From contig CAVZMG010000005.1 in the NCBI GenBank assembly GCA_963776425.1, forward strand, positions 402,234 to 466,233: 64,000 nt of DNA, read 5' to 3'. Below are positions 61,964 to 64,000 of the stretch, piece by piece (the stretch's first letter is position 1; every line of letters starts with the position of its first letter). A program made the translations under genes and the position numbers. A model generated the notes under the pieces. The model was not told where the DNA came from, ran no database searches, and saw only the letters and a list, made by a program, of their open reading frames with translations. This DNA comes from an uncultured Actinomycetes bacterium. Lineage in GTDB: Bacteria > Actinomycetota > UBA4738 > HRBIN12.

Positions 61964-63498
61964 CGCACCCCGAGGAACGACATCAAGCCGTGGACGGCGT
62001 CGTCCGTGATCCCGAAGAGGAGGCGCGGGAAGAGTCCGAGCACCACGATCCCGATCAGCAGCGGGATCCAGGCCACCCACTCCACCGTCAGCGTGTCGCG
62101 GAGCGTGTGCTCCTTCCACCGTTCAGGCATGGTGCCGAGGTTCACGCGCTGCAGCATCCACAGGAAGTAGCCGGCCGTGAGGATCGTCCCGATCCCACCC
62201 GCGATCATGAATCCGCGGTAGAGCGACGTCGACAATCCGAGCGCGGTGTTCGGGCTGAACGAGGAGAGCAACGCCATCACCTCTCCCCAGAACCCGGCGA
62301 GCCCTGGAAGGCCGAGAGAGGCGATCGCCACGAACGCGAAGACCCCCGCGAGCTTCGGCATCTGCTCGGCCATACCGCCACCGATGTCGGAGATCTGCCG
62401 CGTGTGGTAGCGGTCGTAGATCGAGCCGACGCAGAAGAAGAGCATGCCGGTGATGATCCCGTGCGCCACCATCCCGAAGATGGCCGCTTGGATGCCGATC
62501 TCCGTGAGCGTAGCGATACCGAGCATGACGAACCCCATGTGGCCCACGGACGAGAACGCGATCAACCGCTTCAGGTCCTTCTGCGCGAGACAGGCGAGGG
62601 CCGCGTAGACGATCGCGATGACCGCCAGGAGTCCGATCCACGGAGCGAACTTCGTTGCGCCGTACGGCAGCATCGGCAGCGCGATCCTGATGAACCCGTA
62701 CGTGCCCATCTTCAGCATGACCCCGGCCAGCAAGACGGAGCCGATCGTGGGGGCCTCCGTATGGGCATCCGGGAGCCACGTGTGGAACGGCCACATCGGG
62801 ACCTTGATCGCGAACCCCAGCGCCACCGCCCCGAACACGATCAACTGGAAGTTGTGACTGAACCCACCGTGAAGCGCGAACTCCTGGATCCGCACCATGT
62901 CGAACGTATGCGGCTCCGGGCCTTGGAAGTACATCGCGAGGAACCCCAGCAACATGAATACCGAGCCGAACAGGGTGTACAGGAAGAACTTGATCGACGC
63001 GTACTGGCGGTTCGCGGATCCCCAGACCGCGATCAAGAAGTACATCGGGACGAGGACCATCTCCCAGAAGACGAAGAACAGGATCAGGTCGAACGAGATG
63101 AACGTTCCCGCCATCCCGGTCTCGAGCAACAGCATCAAGGCGATGAAGGCTTTGGTGCGGCCAGGTTCCGGCACGTAGCGCCACGTGTAGATCGCGCACA
63201 GGAACGAGAGGAAGAACGTAAGGACGTAGAGCGGCATGCTGATCCCGTCGATCCCGACGTGGTAGCGGGCGCCGATCACCGGGATCCAGCTGACATCGAG
63301 CACGTATTGCAGGCCGGCCCGTCCGTAGTCGAACCCGATCGCGATCGACACGGACAGGGCGAGCGCGATCCCGGTGACCAGGATCCCGAGAGCCCGCACG
63401 AGACGGTCCTTCTCCTTCGGGACGAAGATGATCACGAGCGCGCCGGCGATCGGCAGCAACGTCGTGACCGTGATCGCCGATCTGTCCCAGCCGCTCAT
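61960..63498 (-). CDS. nuoM: NADH-quinone oxidoreductase subunit M
   Basis: 512 aa. Confidence 0.93.
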   Translation of the reverse strand: MSGWDRSAITVTTLLPIAGALVIIFVPKEKDRLVRALGILVTGIALALSVSIAIGFDYGRAGLQYVLDVSWIPVIGARYHVGIDGISMPLYVLTFFLSFLCAIYTWRYVPEPGRTKAFIALMLLLETGMAGTFISFDLILFFVFWEMVLVPMYFLIAVWGSANRQYASIKFFLYTLFGSVFMLLGFLAMYFQGPEPHTFDMVRIQEFALHGGFSHNFQLIVFGAVALGFAIKVPMWPFHTWLPDAHTEAPTIGSVLLAGVMLKMGTYGFIRIALPMLPYGATKFAPWIGLLAVIAIVYAALACLAQKDLKRLIAFSSVGHMGFVMLGIATLTEIGIQAAIFGMVAHGIITGMLFFCVGSIYDRYHTRQISDIGGGMAEQMPKLAGVFAFVAIASLGLPGLAGFWGEVMALLSSFSPNTALGLSTSLYRGFMIAGGIGTILTAGYFLWMLQRVNLGTMPERWKEHTLRDTLTVEWVAWIPLLIGIVVLGLFPRLLFGITDDAVHGLMSFLGVR

Positions 63499-63517
63499 CG
63501 AAGTCTCACTCTCCTTG

Positions 63518-64000
63518 TCAGACCACTCGCGTGAAGACGATCGCCAGCACCAGCACCCCGACGAACAGGAACGCGATGTACCGCTGGACGTTGCCCGATT
63601 GGATGTACTTCAGGATGCCCCCGGAGAATCCGGCCGTTCCGGCGGCGGCGTTCACGGCACCGTCGATCACGTCGCGATCGAACAGGTTCACCGCCTGTGA
63701 CAACCCGCGGGTGACCTTCGCGACCGCGTTCACGGTGCCGTCGAGGACCGTCTGGTTGAACCAATACACCGCCGCCGAGGCCCGGTCGCGGATCGGGTAG
63801 ACGATGCCGTTCAGGTAGAGATCGTCCAGGTAGTACTTGTGCTCGAGCAGACCGTAGGCGCCTCCGAGCGCATGCAACGGATCGCGCTCACGGTAGGTGC
63901 GGTACAACCGGTACCCCACGATGAACCCGATCGCGACCATCAGGATCGAGAGGCCGGCTACGACGGGGCTGAACTCCGGCGCCTCCGGCGTCCCGAAGTA
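63518..64000 (-). CDS. nuoL: NADH-quinone oxidoreductase subunit L, C-terminal part (gene continues beyond window end)
   Basis: The C-terminal amphipathic and TM segment is typical of NuoL. The ORF is open to the window edge. Confidence 0.8.
   Translation of the reverse strand, partial: YFGTPEAPEFSPVVAGLSILMVAIGFIVGYRLYRTYRERDPLHALGGAYGLLEHKYYLDDLYLNGIVYPIRDRASAAVYWFNQTVLDGTVNAVAKVTRGLSQAVNLFDRDVIDGAVNAAAGTAGFSGGILKYIQSGNVQRYIAFLFVGVLVLAIVFTRVV

Noticed and set aside
59603-62170. 855-aa + strand ORF
   Set aside because: Antisense to htpX/nuoN/nuoM. Extremely Arg/Asp/Glu/His-rich junk translation.

Overview
High-GC (~68%) bacterial chromosomal window. The gene content looks actinobacterial: hadA/hadB-like genes next to rpmG and trpT-secE-nusG, an F420/LLM oxidoreductase, a LipJ-like hydrolase-cyclase, and many overlapping stop/start (ATGA) junctions. 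About 60% of the window is the translation/transcription supercluster, almost all on the minus strand. From high to low coordinate it runs: nuoL/M/N, then (tRNA-Thr, tRNA-Met)-tuf2-rpmG, hadA/B-like, trpT-secE-nusG-rplK-rplA-rplJ-rplL, (XRE + rmlC-like insert), rpoB-rpoC, (IMPase + HExxH peptidase, plus strand), rpsL-rpsG-fusA-tuf1, the S10/spc/alpha operons (rpsJ through rplQ), truA, and a partial APH-like kinase at the window start. The accessory stretch at 39.9-60.4 kb holds several unrelated gene sets. There is an alpha/beta-hydrolase-adenylate-cyclase fusion. There is a DUF192 lipoprotein with a coupled Cys-rich ORF. There is a sulfate ABC transporter operon (sbp-cysT-cysW-cysA) whose first two genes each carry a single-base frameshift, followed by a YezD-like gene and a Zn-ADH. 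There are YciI-like, AlkZ/YcaQ-like winged-helix and LLM oxidoreductase genes. There are two convergent ECF sigma/anti-sigma pairs whose anti-sigmas carry PD40 beta-propellers. There are also SulP, tRNA-Tyr, yajQ, a HemL-like aminotransferase paired with a group-II PLP decarboxylase, and htpX. The most notable observations are these. (1) There are two near-identical tuf copies (about 99.7% over exactly the CDS), one in the str operon and one in the ancestral tRNA-tuf-rpmG position that typical Actinobacteria have lost. (2) Ribosomal protein L24 carries a C-terminal CxxC...CxxC zinc ribbon, alongside Zn-ribbon forms of L36, S14 (type Z) and L33. (3) Long low-complexity extensions occur on S3 (15-nt tandem repeat encoding ETPAV units), NusG (about 170 aa acidic N-terminus), L10 and S5. 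(4) sbp and cysT are frameshifted, with an intact SulP nearby. (5) A 552-aa coiled-coil protein is inserted between trpT and hadB. (6) The ECF sigma/anti-sigma modules are paralogous and face each other. No CRISPR array, transposase or integrase was seen. Many long ORFs in the six-frame track are antisense or alternate-frame shadows of GC-rich genes and were rejected. All coordinates follow the ORF-track convention and include the stop codon.
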